Of a stretch of 64,000 nucleotides of DNA, positions 1-8,831 are shown piece after piece. Numbering within the stretch: the first letter of the stretch is position 1; each line of letters begins with the position of its first letter. A program made the translations under genes and the position numbers. The DNA lies in contig JBGTSY010000001.1 in assembly GCA_041940025.1 (NCBI GenBank), positions 445,362-509,361 of the forward strand, given 5' to 3'. The notes under the pieces are model-generated. The model searched no databases and was not told where the DNA came from. It saw only the letters and a program-made list of their open reading frames with translations. The stretch comes from Thiotrichaceae bacterium (GTDB lineage Bacteria > Pseudomonadota > Gammaproteobacteria > UBA5859).

Positions 1-1005
1 GGTTACCAAGTCTATAGTGCGGAACATGGTGGGCGTGCTTTATCGACACTTTCAGAGCGTGATATAGATCTTGTTTTGTTAGATATCGTGATGCCGGTGA
101 AAGATGGTTTTCAAGTTCTGTTCGAAATGAAGTCCAACGAAAAGTTGAGAGATATCCCGGTTATTGTGATCACCGCCGATGATGAAATTGATAGTCTCGT
201 TCGATGCGTGGAAATGGGTGCAGACGACTATCTCACCAAACCTTTCAATCCAGTTATCCTGCGTGCACGGATTAACTCCTCATTGGAGAAAAAAATTCAG
301 CATGGTATAGAGCGCCGGTTACGGGTTGAGCTTGAGGCAAAAGTCAAAGCACAGATGGAAGAGTTAATTTCTGCTCAATTAGGTGTCATTCTGGCGATGT
401 CGAAATTGGCGGAATCAAAGGATCCAGAAACCGGGGCTCATTTAGAAAGGATGCAGGAATACTGCCGCGCCTTGGCAAATAACTTATCCAAGCAACCTAA
501 GTACCGTGAATTTGTAGATAGTGACTTTATTGAAGCGCTCTATTGCGCCGCACCTTTGCATGATATTGGTAAGGTAGGGATCCCGGATAGTATTTTGCTC
601 AAGCCTGGCAAATTGAGTGAAGAAGAGTTTGAAGTGATGAAGAGCCACACTTCTATAGGTGCGTCAACATTACTGGCCGTGAATGAAAAATATCCAGGAA
701 ATCAGTTTGTCTGGATGGGCATAGAAATCGCGCAATCTCACCACGAAAAATGGGACGGTAGTGGCTACCCAGATGGCTTGGTGGGACTCGAAATTCCTCT
801 TTCGGCGCGGATACTGGCTTTAAGCGATGTGTATGATGCGTTGACCTCCAAACGTTGTTATAAAGAAAAATTCTCTCATGAGAAGGCAAAAAATCTCATT
901 CTTGAAGGTGCTGCGTCTCACTTCGATCCTGAGGTGGTGGACGCCTTTCTTAACATGGAAGATGAATTTATTCGCATTCGACGTGAAGTCCAGGAACAAG
1001 AGTAG
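1..1005 (+). CDS. Response regulator with receiver domain and HD-GYP domain (c-di-GMP phosphodiesterase type, RpfG-like). The 5' end is truncated by the window edge.
   Basis: The reading frame is open from position 1 (GYQVYSAEHGGRALSTLSERDIDLVLLDIVMP is the receiver phospho-acceptor region). HD motif (PLHDIGKVGIP) and GYP motif (WDGSGYPDGL) are present. Stop at 1005. Confidence 0.85.
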   Translation, partial: GYQVYSAEHGGRALSTLSERDIDLVLLDIVMPVKDGFQVLFEMKSNEKLRDIPVIVITADDEIDSLVRCVEMGADDYLTKPFNPVILRARINSSLEKKIQHGIERRLRVELEAKVKAQMEELISAQLGVILAMSKLAESKDPETGAHLERMQEYCRALANNLSKQPKYREFVDSDFIEALYCAAPLHDIGKVGIPDSILLKPGKLSEEEFEVMKSHTSIGASTLLAVNEKYPGNQFVWMGIEIAQSHHEKWDGSGYPDGLVGLEIPLSARILALSDVYDALTSKRCYKEKFSHEKAKNLILEGAASHFDPEVVDAFLNMEDEFIRIRREVQEQE

Positions 1006-1317
1006 AATCACCCTTTCTAGATCCTCTATTTTGACCCGGTTTAGCGAAGGTGGACACGACCACAAAAGGGGTTATTGTCGGCAGAGTTCAAACGTCAGTG
1101 GATACAGGTGGAGATCCGGGCGAATAGCCATTGAATGTATTTTTCTTCAGAGTGAATGACAACTAGGTTAAGAAATAGTTTGAGCGGCATCTCTAACCTT
1201 TGCCCAACTCACCGTAAACCAGGACAACAAATTTTTCTCATTTTGATGAAGCGTGCTATCCTTAAAAAACTAAAATCAGTTGTCCTGCCGGTAGGTTGGA
1301 ATTAAATTTCCCCTGTT

Positions 1318-2244
1318 ATGTCAGTTTATACTTCCATTGAAAAAAAGGAGCTTGAGAATTATTTGGCCGATTATTCGGTTGGAGAGTTGTTGGGCTATGA
1401 AGGCATTTCTGATGGCATAGAAAATACCAATTATTTTGTAGATACAGTGGATGCTCGCTGGGTGCTAACGATTTTCGAACACCATACTACTGAAGAATTG
1501 GGATTTTATTTGGAGCTTATGGAGTTTCTGGCTCAGCACCAGATCCCTTCCGCATTGCCAATGCGCAATAACAGTGGCGTTATCCTGGGGCAAGTGAAGA
1601 ACAAACCGGCTGCGTTGGTGCAGCGGTTAAATGGAAAAAGTGTGCAATTGGCGACACTAGCACAATGTCGAGCGGTTGGTCGGGCGTTGGGACAATTACA
1701 CATTGTCGGTCAAGGGTATCAGCAGAAGCGTGCCAATGATCGCGATATTGTTTGGTGTGATAGTACCGCTTCACAGTTAAATGGCGTGCTAGATAAAGAG
1801 CGAAACCAGTTATTGCAAGATGAGCTTTTGCAGCAGCAGCAAACCGACAATCGGGGCTTACCCCATGGTATCGTGCATTGTGATCTGTTTCGCGACAATG
1901 TGCTTTTTGTGGATAATGAGGTTACCGGATTAATAGATTTCTACTACGCTTGTACAGATATATTACTTTACGATATTGCGGTGACAGTGAATGATTGGTG
2001 CAGTGCCGAGAATGGCCCTTTGGTGCCTAGTTTGGTACAGGCATTTTTAGAGGGCTATGAAACCCAGCGCTCGTTAACGGAAGAAGAACAAAATCAGTGG
2101 TGGTCAATGCTGCGCTTAGCAGCGCTAAGATTTTGGCTCTCTCGACTAAAAGATCGGGCGTTTCCCAGGGAAGGAGAGTTAACCCATTTGAAAGATCCAG
2201 ATTTTTTTCGAGATGTGTTGGTGGCGCGTCGAGATGAACGGTAG
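1318..2244 (+). CDS. thrB: Homoserine kinase, type II (APH-fold ThrB, Pseudomonas type)
   Basis: The 308-aa product has an N-terminus and length typical of type II ThrB. It has the kinase motifs HCDLFRDNVLF and IDFYYA. Its position upstream of polA matches Pseudomonas-like synteny. Confidence 0.8.
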   Translation: MSVYTSIEKKELENYLADYSVGELLGYEGISDGIENTNYFVDTVDARWVLTIFEHHTTEELGFYLELMEFLAQHQIPSALPMRNNSGVILGQVKNKPAALVQRLNGKSVQLATLAQCRAVGRALGQLHIVGQGYQQKRANDRDIVWCDSTASQLNGVLDKERNQLLQDELLQQQQTDNRGLPHGIVHCDLFRDNVLFVDNEVTGLIDFYYACTDILLYDIAVTVNDWCSAENGPLVPSLVQAFLEGYETQRSLTEEEQNQWWSMLRLAALRFWLSRLKDRAFPREGELTHLKDPDFFRDVLVARRDER

Positions 2245-2518
2245 TTGATTAAAACTTATCCACAATTTTTGTGGATAACTCTGTGTATAAAACACGGACA
2301 TCATCCTTCTTAATGCAGTTATTTGTTTGGTTATTTTTTAATCAATTATTCTAGATGCTGCATAATTATATTTAATTCAATAGCTTATATGTACATAAAT
2401 GTGTAAATTGTTAAAAATATGTTATAAGAAAGAAAAAATAGCATTTCATTCAAATTTCTGTCGGTTGTGAATAAAGTTGATCACTTCAATTGTTACATAT
2501 TTTAGCTGAAGCCGAATC

Positions 2519-3058
2519 GTGTCCGTACATTCCTATCCCTTAATCCTATTTTTGAGACGTTTTGCTCAGGTTATTGATCTTGTTAATGATCGATTGGGCC
2601 GAGCCCTGTCACTGCTAACGATTTTTATGGTGTTTACACAGTTTACTTTAGTGGGACTGCGATATTTTCTGAATATCAATTGGATTGCACTGCAAGAGTC
2701 TGTGCTGTATATGCATGCAACTCTATTTTTACTGGCGGCAGCATATACCTATCAGCAGGATCGGCAGGTTCGCGTAGATATTTTTTATCAGCGTCTAAGT
2801 AGGCGCTCTAAAGCGCTGGTCAACATGTGCGGTATTCTTTTTTTCTTATTGCCGATGGTGATATTTATTTTTTATATCAGTTGGTCCTATGTGGCAGATT
2901 CCTGGTCAATCAAAGAGGGCTCTCGTGAGGCTGGCGGTTTGGCAGCAGTTTTTCTGCTGAAGACCAATATCTTACTTATGGCAGCGTTGTTGGGTATACA
3001 GAGCTTGTCTCAGTTTGCTAGAGAATTTCTATTCTGGATAGATGAGGCAGAAACCTGA
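2519..3058 (+). CDS. dctQ: TRAP transporter small permease (DctQ family)
   Basis: 179-aa polytopic membrane protein. Its stop overlaps the start of the downstream DctM-like gene (ATGATGG). Confidence 0.7.
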   Translation: MSVHSYPLILFLRRFAQVIDLVNDRLGRALSLLTIFMVFTQFTLVGLRYFLNINWIALQESVLYMHATLFLLAAAYTYQQDRQVRVDIFYQRLSRRSKALVNMCGILFFLLPMVIFIFYISWSYVADSWSIKEGSREAGGLAAVFLLKTNILLMAALLGIQSLSQFAREFLFWIDEAET

Positions 3059-4431
3059 TGATGGCACTTGCTCTGTTTTTGCTTGTTGCCCTTGCAATTT
3101 TAACTGGATTTCCTGTGGCGTTCGCTTTAGGGGGGGCATCCCTGGTGGTGGCGGCAATCGGTATACTGTTAGGACACTTCGATCCTGCCTTTTTGCAAGC
3201 TCTGCCAAACAGATTATACGGAGTAATGACTAACGCCACTCTGTTGGCGGTACCTCTATTCGTATTTATGGGCGTCATGTTAGAACGCGCCCGAATTGCA
3301 GAGCAGTTATTAGAGACAATGGCGATTCTATTTGGCAGCTTGCGAGGTGGTTTGGGCATATCTGTGGTGTTGGTGGGCATGCTGCTTGCTGCCAGTACCG
3401 GTATTGTTGGCGCGACGGTTGTGACCATGGGCTTGCTTTCTCTGCCAACCATGTTGAAGCGGGGATATGATGCAAAAGTGGCAACGGGTGTGATCTGCGC
3501 CTCTGGCACCCTGGGCCAGATCATTCCCCCGTCCATCGTATTAGTGTTACTGGGAGATGTATTGTCTAGTGCTTATCAGCAAGCGCAGCTCGACATGGGC
3601 ATATTTTCACCAGAAACAGTCTCTGTGGGAGATCTATTTATCGGTGCCTTGATACCGGGACTAATTTTAGTGCTGCTTTACCTTGTCTGGGTGAGCTTGT
3701 TAGCTTGGCGGGTGCCAGATAGTATGCCCTCAGTCTCGCAGGCGGAAGTCATAAGTGATAAGAGTTTGCGGAGTAATATATTTAAGGTATTAGTGCCGCC
3801 AATTTTGTTAATTGTAGCGGTCTTGGGTTCAATAATCGGCGGCGTCGCAACGCCCACCGAGGCGGCGTCAGTGGGGGCTGCGGGCGCAGTATTTTTGGCT
3901 TATTTTTATAAGCAATTTTCTATAGAAAACCTCTACGAAGTAGCGCGCAGTACCACTCAGGTGACCTGTATGGTTTTTACTATTTTGATTGGTGCTGCCA
4001 TTTTCTCCTTGGTGTTTCGAGGTTTCGGTGGCGATGAATTGGTGACGGACTTTTTGACTAATCTGCCGGGAGGTAAGGTTAGTGCTCTGGCGATGACTAT
4101 GTTGGTTCTTTTCCTATTAGGATTTATTCTAGATTTTATTGAAATCATATTTATAGTGGTGCCGATTGTTGGACCTATCTTATTGGCAATGGGGATCGAT
4201 CCGGTATGGTTAGGGGTGATGATTGCAGTCAATTTGCAAACCTCATTTTTGACACCGCCTTTCGGTTTTGCCCTCTTTTACTTAAGAGGAGTTGCGCCTA
4301 CTGAGGTAAAAACGCGGGAAATCTATTTAGGAAGTCTTCCCTTTATTGGTTTACAGTTAATCGTATTGTCTGCCTTGGCAATTTGGCCTGCGTTAGTAAC
4401 CTATTTACCGGATCTATTTAATAAAGTGTGA
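3058..4431 (+). CDS. dctM: TRAP transporter large permease (DctM family)
   Basis: 457-aa, about 12-TM protein with the overall DctM architecture. It is translationally coupled to dctQ. Confidence 0.85.
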   Translation: MMALALFLLVALAILTGFPVAFALGGASLVVAAIGILLGHFDPAFLQALPNRLYGVMTNATLLAVPLFVFMGVMLERARIAEQLLETMAILFGSLRGGLGISVVLVGMLLAASTGIVGATVVTMGLLSLPTMLKRGYDAKVATGVICASGTLGQIIPPSIVLVLLGDVLSSAYQQAQLDMGIFSPETVSVGDLFIGALIPGLILVLLYLVWVSLLAWRVPDSMPSVSQAEVISDKSLRSNIFKVLVPPILLIVAVLGSIIGGVATPTEAASVGAAGAVFLAYFYKQFSIENLYEVARSTTQVTCMVFTILIGAAIFSLVFRGFGGDELVTDFLTNLPGGKVSALAMTMLVLFLLGFILDFIEIIFIVVPIVGPILLAMGIDPVWLGVMIAVNLQTSFLTPPFGFALFYLRGVAPTEVKTREIYLGSLPFIGLQLIVLSALAIWPALVTYLPDLFNKV

Positions 4432-4446
4432 GAAATTGCCCAGGGA

Positions 4447-5286
4447 CTATTTTTCACCCACCACGATGCCATAATGCCAGGCCTCTTTTTTAAGACAGAC
4501 ATACTGATAATTTGCCGCAATAATATTCTGCGTCTGAATGGGTTTACGAATTTTTAACCATTCGAGAATCTTCCCTCCGGGATATAGCAGTACAGCGGCT
4601 AAATGCATACGTATGGCGGAAGGCAGTATGGCCTCCGAGACATCGTGAAATTGAATATGCTTAAAGCCAGTTTCCGTCATATCGGTCTGAAATTGTTGTT
4701 GCCCGGCCAGATCAGGAACCGCCCAGCCATCTAGCCAGATCCGGTATTCCGCAGGACATTTAAAATTGATGTCCACGTCATTAAAAAAGCCATCTGCTAC
4801 TACTAATTTGCCCCCTGGTTTTAACAGTCTGTAGGCTTCTTTAATAAAGTCTTTTTTTTCTTCTGCATAACAGACGGCCTCCATTCCCCAAACCACATCG
4901 AAGGAGTCGGCCTTGAGCCCGGTGTCTGTAAAGCTGGCTTCTTTGTACTCAATTTGGTCTGACAACATCTTATCTTTGGCTAGTTGTCGGGCCCGCTCAA
5001 GTTGATATGCGGAAATATTCACGCCTGTCATGCGGGCACCAAGATTTTCTGCTAACCACACACAGCTGCCGCCGATCCCGCATCCTGCGTCTAATACTCG
5101 GCTCTCTGAGGTGATGCCCGCGTGTTGTGCAACCACACGATTCATGTTGAGTACTGCGGCATGGTGCCTTTTGTGTTGTGTGTCATGATAGCCATAATGT
5201 AATGAAAAACTTCGATTTGCGCCCCAAATCAGTTGGTAGTCGATATGGCATTTTTCATAGTAATTTAGGATTTGTTGCTGTTCCAT
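4447..5286 (-). CDS. Class I SAM-dependent methyltransferase
   Basis: Motif I VLDAGCGIGG. The acidic post-I residue and the VVWGMEAV motif II fit the Methyltransf_11/25 fold. Confidence 0.7.
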   Translation of the reverse strand: MEQQQILNYYEKCHIDYQLIWGANRSFSLHYGYHDTQHKRHHAAVLNMNRVVAQHAGITSESRVLDAGCGIGGSCVWLAENLGARMTGVNISAYQLERARQLAKDKMLSDQIEYKEASFTDTGLKADSFDVVWGMEAVCYAEEKKDFIKEAYRLLKPGGKLVVADGFFNDVDINFKCPAEYRIWLDGWAVPDLAGQQQFQTDMTETGFKHIQFHDVSEAILPSAIRMHLAAVLLYPGGKILEWLKIRKPIQTQNIIAANYQYVCLKKEAWHYGIVVGEK

Positions 5287-5406
5287 GGTTCCCGTTTCCG
5301 ACGATTTTAAAACAAGAGCTTACCTGGTTTGGGATTTCAAATTGTTTCTAAATTTTCAGGCCACACTGGTCGATTTTAATACTATTGAGAATAGTATTCG
5401 TATGTC

Positions 5407-7338
5407 ATGCAGATCCAATTTTCCCACAATCGTCCCCATTATGCCTACCTATTCGCTTGCTATGGCCTGTTATTAGGATTGATATTCGTTTTGGGATGCA
5501 CACTGGCGCAAAGTTGGGTGCAATTTGATAGTTTATCCCTAACTTCACTGTGGCGTACCCAGTCGGAATTACACTGGTTTTGGACCATCGACGCCATTCC
5601 GTTCCTCGTCAGCTTAGGCGCATTCTATCGCGGGCAACACCAGGATCTACTCCATCAGAGCAGGTTAGATAGACAAAATTTCATTCTTGAATTGGAACGA
5701 CGTAATCAGCAGCTAGATGTTAAAGTTCAAGATCAAACGCGGGAAATTAAAAGTGCAATGGATCGTCTGGAACGTGCTTATGCAGCTAAGAGCGAGTTTT
5801 TAGCTTTCATTAGTCATGAATTACGGACCCCGATAAATGGCTTAATGGGTTTTTTAGATCTGCTAAGGGACACAGAACTCACCACACCTCAAGCAGATTA
5901 TGTGGATACGGCACACCACTCTGGCGAGCATCTACTCACCTTAATTAACAACATACTCGATTTTTCGAAAATTGAGTCTGGCCACATTGAACTCGAAGCT
6001 ATTGATTTCGAACTTCGTACCATGCTGGAAGATGTGGTAGAGATGGTCTCACCTGTCGCCTTGGGTAAAGAAATCGAGCTGTCTCTATTGGTCTCTTCTG
6101 CTGTCCCGCAAATGGTGAAGGGTGACCCGACACGATTGCGCCAAATCTTAATAAACCTTGTAAATAATGCCATTAAATTTACCGAAGAAGGAGATATCAC
6201 AATTTTCGTTTCTGTCGACTCTCTCGACGGCAAACAGACAGCTATCCAGTTTCAAGTTCGGGATACCGGGTGTGGCATTACTTCTGACGCTCAAGCAAAA
6301 ATATTTGATAGTTTTACTCAAGCTAGTCGCTCCACAACCAGAGAATTTGGGGGCTCCGGTCTCGGCCTTGCCATTGCTAAAAAATTGACTGAATTGATGC
6401 ATGGACAAATTGGTGTGCGTAGCCAACCTGCAGTGGGCAGTACATTTTGGTTTATAGTCCCCTTAGAGTTGAGTTTCTTAAGTCCGCCCAATTTTTTTCC
6501 AAAACAAGATTTATCAGGAAAAAGAGTGCTTATATTTATCGACAACGACAGTAATCGAGAAAGCATTTCACAACAATTAACAGAGTGGCATTTAGATGTC
6601 TCTATCCTGGCAAGGAAAACAGACTTAATGCGCACGCTATCGGAGGCGGCAAAGCAACACAGAGCATTTGACTTAGTATTGGTGGATAGTTACCTGAGTC
6701 AGCAGGACTTACAGCATTCTCGGGAGATTAAGTCTTCGTCTGAGCACCATTCAAAGTTAGTTAAACTTGTTAATTTAGCCAGTTTTGGAAAACGGGGTGA
6801 TGCAAGATCAGCTGCCGATGCAGGATACGATGCCTATTTGAGCAAACCGGTCAGACGAGATCAATTAAGAGAGTGTTTGGCGACCTTATTAAATGAGGAA
6901 ACCGAGCAGTCGAAACAACTGATTACCAAGCATAGACTAGCAGAATCAGCCGCACAGAAGGAAAATTGCATCTTGTTAGTAGAAGATAACGAAATCAATC
7001 AAAAGGTAACTCAAGCCATGTTGAATAAATTAGGGTATCGGGTCGATGTGGCACACAATGGTGAAGAGGCATTGAAGGCAGTAGAGAAACATGATTATGT
7101 GTTAATTCTGATGGATTGTTATATGCCGGTGATGGATGGATTTGAAGCGACTAGAACAATCCGTAGCGATCGAAACCATACGCAGATCCCCATTATTGCC
7201 GCTAGCGGCATGTCCACCGAGGTGGATAAAGATAAATGTTTAGAGTCCGGAATGGATGATTGGTTGATAAAACCGATCAAAATGGATGCCCTTGAGAGTT
7301 GTCTGGATAAATGGCTAGAGAAAGAAAAGGAGCCGTGA
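5407..7338 (+). CDS. Hybrid sensor histidine kinase / response regulator
   Basis: N-terminal TM helices. HisKA H-box FISHELRTPING. HATPase N/G boxes (NLVNNAIKFT, DTGCGI, GGSGLGLAIAK). C-terminal receiver (LLVEDNEINQ...LILMDCYMPVMDG). Confidence 0.85.
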   Translation: MQIQFSHNRPHYAYLFACYGLLLGLIFVLGCTLAQSWVQFDSLSLTSLWRTQSELHWFWTIDAIPFLVSLGAFYRGQHQDLLHQSRLDRQNFILELERRNQQLDVKVQDQTREIKSAMDRLERAYAAKSEFLAFISHELRTPINGLMGFLDLLRDTELTTPQADYVDTAHHSGEHLLTLINNILDFSKIESGHIELEAIDFELRTMLEDVVEMVSPVALGKEIELSLLVSSAVPQMVKGDPTRLRQILINLVNNAIKFTEEGDITIFVSVDSLDGKQTAIQFQVRDTGCGITSDAQAKIFDSFTQASRSTTREFGGSGLGLAIAKKLTELMHGQIGVRSQPAVGSTFWFIVPLELSFLSPPNFFPKQDLSGKRVLIFIDNDSNRESISQQLTEWHLDVSILARKTDLMRTLSEAAKQHRAFDLVLVDSYLSQQDLQHSREIKSSSEHHSKLVKLVNLASFGKRGDARSAADAGYDAYLSKPVRRDQLRECLATLLNEETEQSKQLITKHRLAESAAQKENCILLVEDNEINQKVTQAMLNKLGYRVDVAHNGEEALKAVEKHDYVLILMDCYMPVMDGFEATRTIRSDRNHTQIPIIAASGMSTEVDKDKCLESGMDDWLIKPIKMDALESCLDKWLEKEKEP

Positions 7339-7399
7339 TATGGTTCGATTTCAATATAGGTTTCGATTGTTTAGGTTAATATTAGATTAGGAATGATAA

Positions 7400-8077
7400 A
7401 TGAAAAAATTAGGTTATTTTGGATGGATTCTACCGGCCATACTTAGTCTCAGCTTTGCAGCATTTGCGGAAAAACCTAAAAATCAAATGGACCAATTCAG
7501 CTACACAATTGGTTATCGATTCGCTACTGATATTCAAAATCAAGGTTTAGATCTAGATCCAGATTGGGTTGGACGTGCGATATCTGATGTATTAAAAGGT
7601 AAAAGTGTGGCTTTAACTATAGAAGAAATGAATGCGTCAATGGAGGCGTACAAAAAGCAAAGACTGGCTGAATTGACGGAAGCAGGCAATAAAAATTTAC
7701 AAGTAGGACAACAGTATTTGGATAAAAATAAACAGAACAAAAATGTGGTCACATTAGACAATGGGTTGCAATATAAAATTGTAAAGGAAGGGACAGGTAG
7801 AACACCTAAGTTGCAGGATAAAGTAGTAGTGCACTATAAGGGAACCTTAATTGATGGAACTGAATTTGATAGTTCCTATCGTCGAGGTGAACCTGCCTCA
7901 TTTAATGTGAATGGCGTGATACAAGGTTGGCAACAGGCATTAACATTGATGTCTGAAGGAGCGAAGTGGGAACTAGCGATACCCCCGCATTTAGCATATG
8001 GTGCTCGTGGCAGTGGCCCAAGAATTGGTCCGAATGAAACTTTGTTATTTGAGGTGGAATTATTAGAAGTTAAATGA
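7400..8077 (+). CDS. fkpA: FKBP-type peptidyl-prolyl cis-trans isomerase, periplasmic (FkpA-like)
   Basis: Signal peptide, N-terminal dimerisation helix, and a C-terminal FKBP domain (VHYKGTLIDGTEFDSS...GWQQAL...LLFEVELL). Confidence 0.85.
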   Translation: MKKLGYFGWILPAILSLSFAAFAEKPKNQMDQFSYTIGYRFATDIQNQGLDLDPDWVGRAISDVLKGKSVALTIEEMNASMEAYKKQRLAELTEAGNKNLQVGQQYLDKNKQNKNVVTLDNGLQYKIVKEGTGRTPKLQDKVVVHYKGTLIDGTEFDSSYRRGEPASFNVNGVIQGWQQALTLMSEGAKWELAIPPHLAYGARGSGPRIGPNETLLFEVELLEVK

Positions 8078-8096
8078 GTTTAACTGAATCAAAAAA

Positions 8097-8121
8097 GGCA
8101 GCTTCTGGCTGCCTTTTTTTA
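8097..8121 (+). terminator. Rho-independent terminator after fkpA
   Basis: Hairpin ggcagc-ttctg-gctgcc followed by a T7 run. Confidence 0.5.
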
Positions 8122-8162
8122 TTTGCAGTATGATGGCTTATCGCTTAAGAAGAATCAAAGTC

Positions 8163-8831
8163 ATGTCTGAAAATGTGATAGAGATTAACAATCTTTCTTT
8201 TAGGTACAATGAGACAAGTCCATGGTTACTGAAAGAGTTAACTCTTTCGGTAAAAAAAGGTGAGTTTATTGCGATACGTGGGCCTAGCGGCGTCGGCAAG
8301 AGCACCCTATTAAATTTAATCGCGTTGTTAGCCAAGCCCGACAAGGGTCAGATCAGGTTAATCGGTGAAGATGTGACGAATTTTTCGGAATCGCACGCTA
8401 CCCTGTGGCGGCGACACAATCTGGGATTTATCTTCCAACAATTTCATTTGTTGCCGCATTTGACCGTTGTGGAGAATATTCAATTGCCATTGGCTTTAAA
8501 TCGGCTAAGTTTAGTCTCTCCAGAGCTAACAGAAATATTGCACATATTGAACATTGCCGATCTTAGTGATGAATACCCGCGCCATCTTTCCGGAGGTCAA
8601 ATGCAACGGGTGGCGATTGCCAGGGCGATGATTCATCAACCTGCAATTTTATTGGCAGATGAGCCAACCGGAAATCTGGACGAGGAGCTTTCCGACGAAG
8701 TGCTGAAGTTAATGGTCAAGCAAATCAGATTAAGACAAGTGACAACATTGATGGTGACCCATTCCGATTCTGCTGCGTCCTATGCGGATAAGGCTTGCTA
8801 TTTTGAAAACCATAAACTTACATTGGCGTAG
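8163..8831 (+). CDS. ABC transporter ATP-binding protein (YbbA/LolD-like)
   Basis: Walker A GPSGVGKST, signature LSGGQMQRVAIARA, Walker B LLADEPTGNLD. The start is chosen at MSENVIEINNL; the ORF track begins at 8130. Confidence 0.85.
   Translation: MSENVIEINNLSFRYNETSPWLLKELTLSVKKGEFIAIRGPSGVGKSTLLNLIALLAKPDKGQIRLIGEDVTNFSESHATLWRRHNLGFIFQQFHLLPHLTVVENIQLPLALNRLSLVSPELTEILHILNIADLSDEYPRHLSGGQMQRVAIARAMIHQPAILLADEPTGNLDEELSDEVLKLMVKQIRLRQVTTLMVTHSDSAASYADKACYFENHKLTLA

Noticed and set aside
1006-1317. Possible small RNA or tRNA in the 312-bp gap after the HD-GYP gene
   Set aside because: No cloverleaf-compatible arm pairing or conserved T-loop (GTTCRANYC) was found by eye. It is likely the thrB promoter/leader region.
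3018-3536. 172-aa minus-strand ORF and other small ORFs overlapping dctM
   Set aside because: Antisense to a well-supported membrane transporter gene. Pro/Ala/Arg-rich translation with no RBS context.
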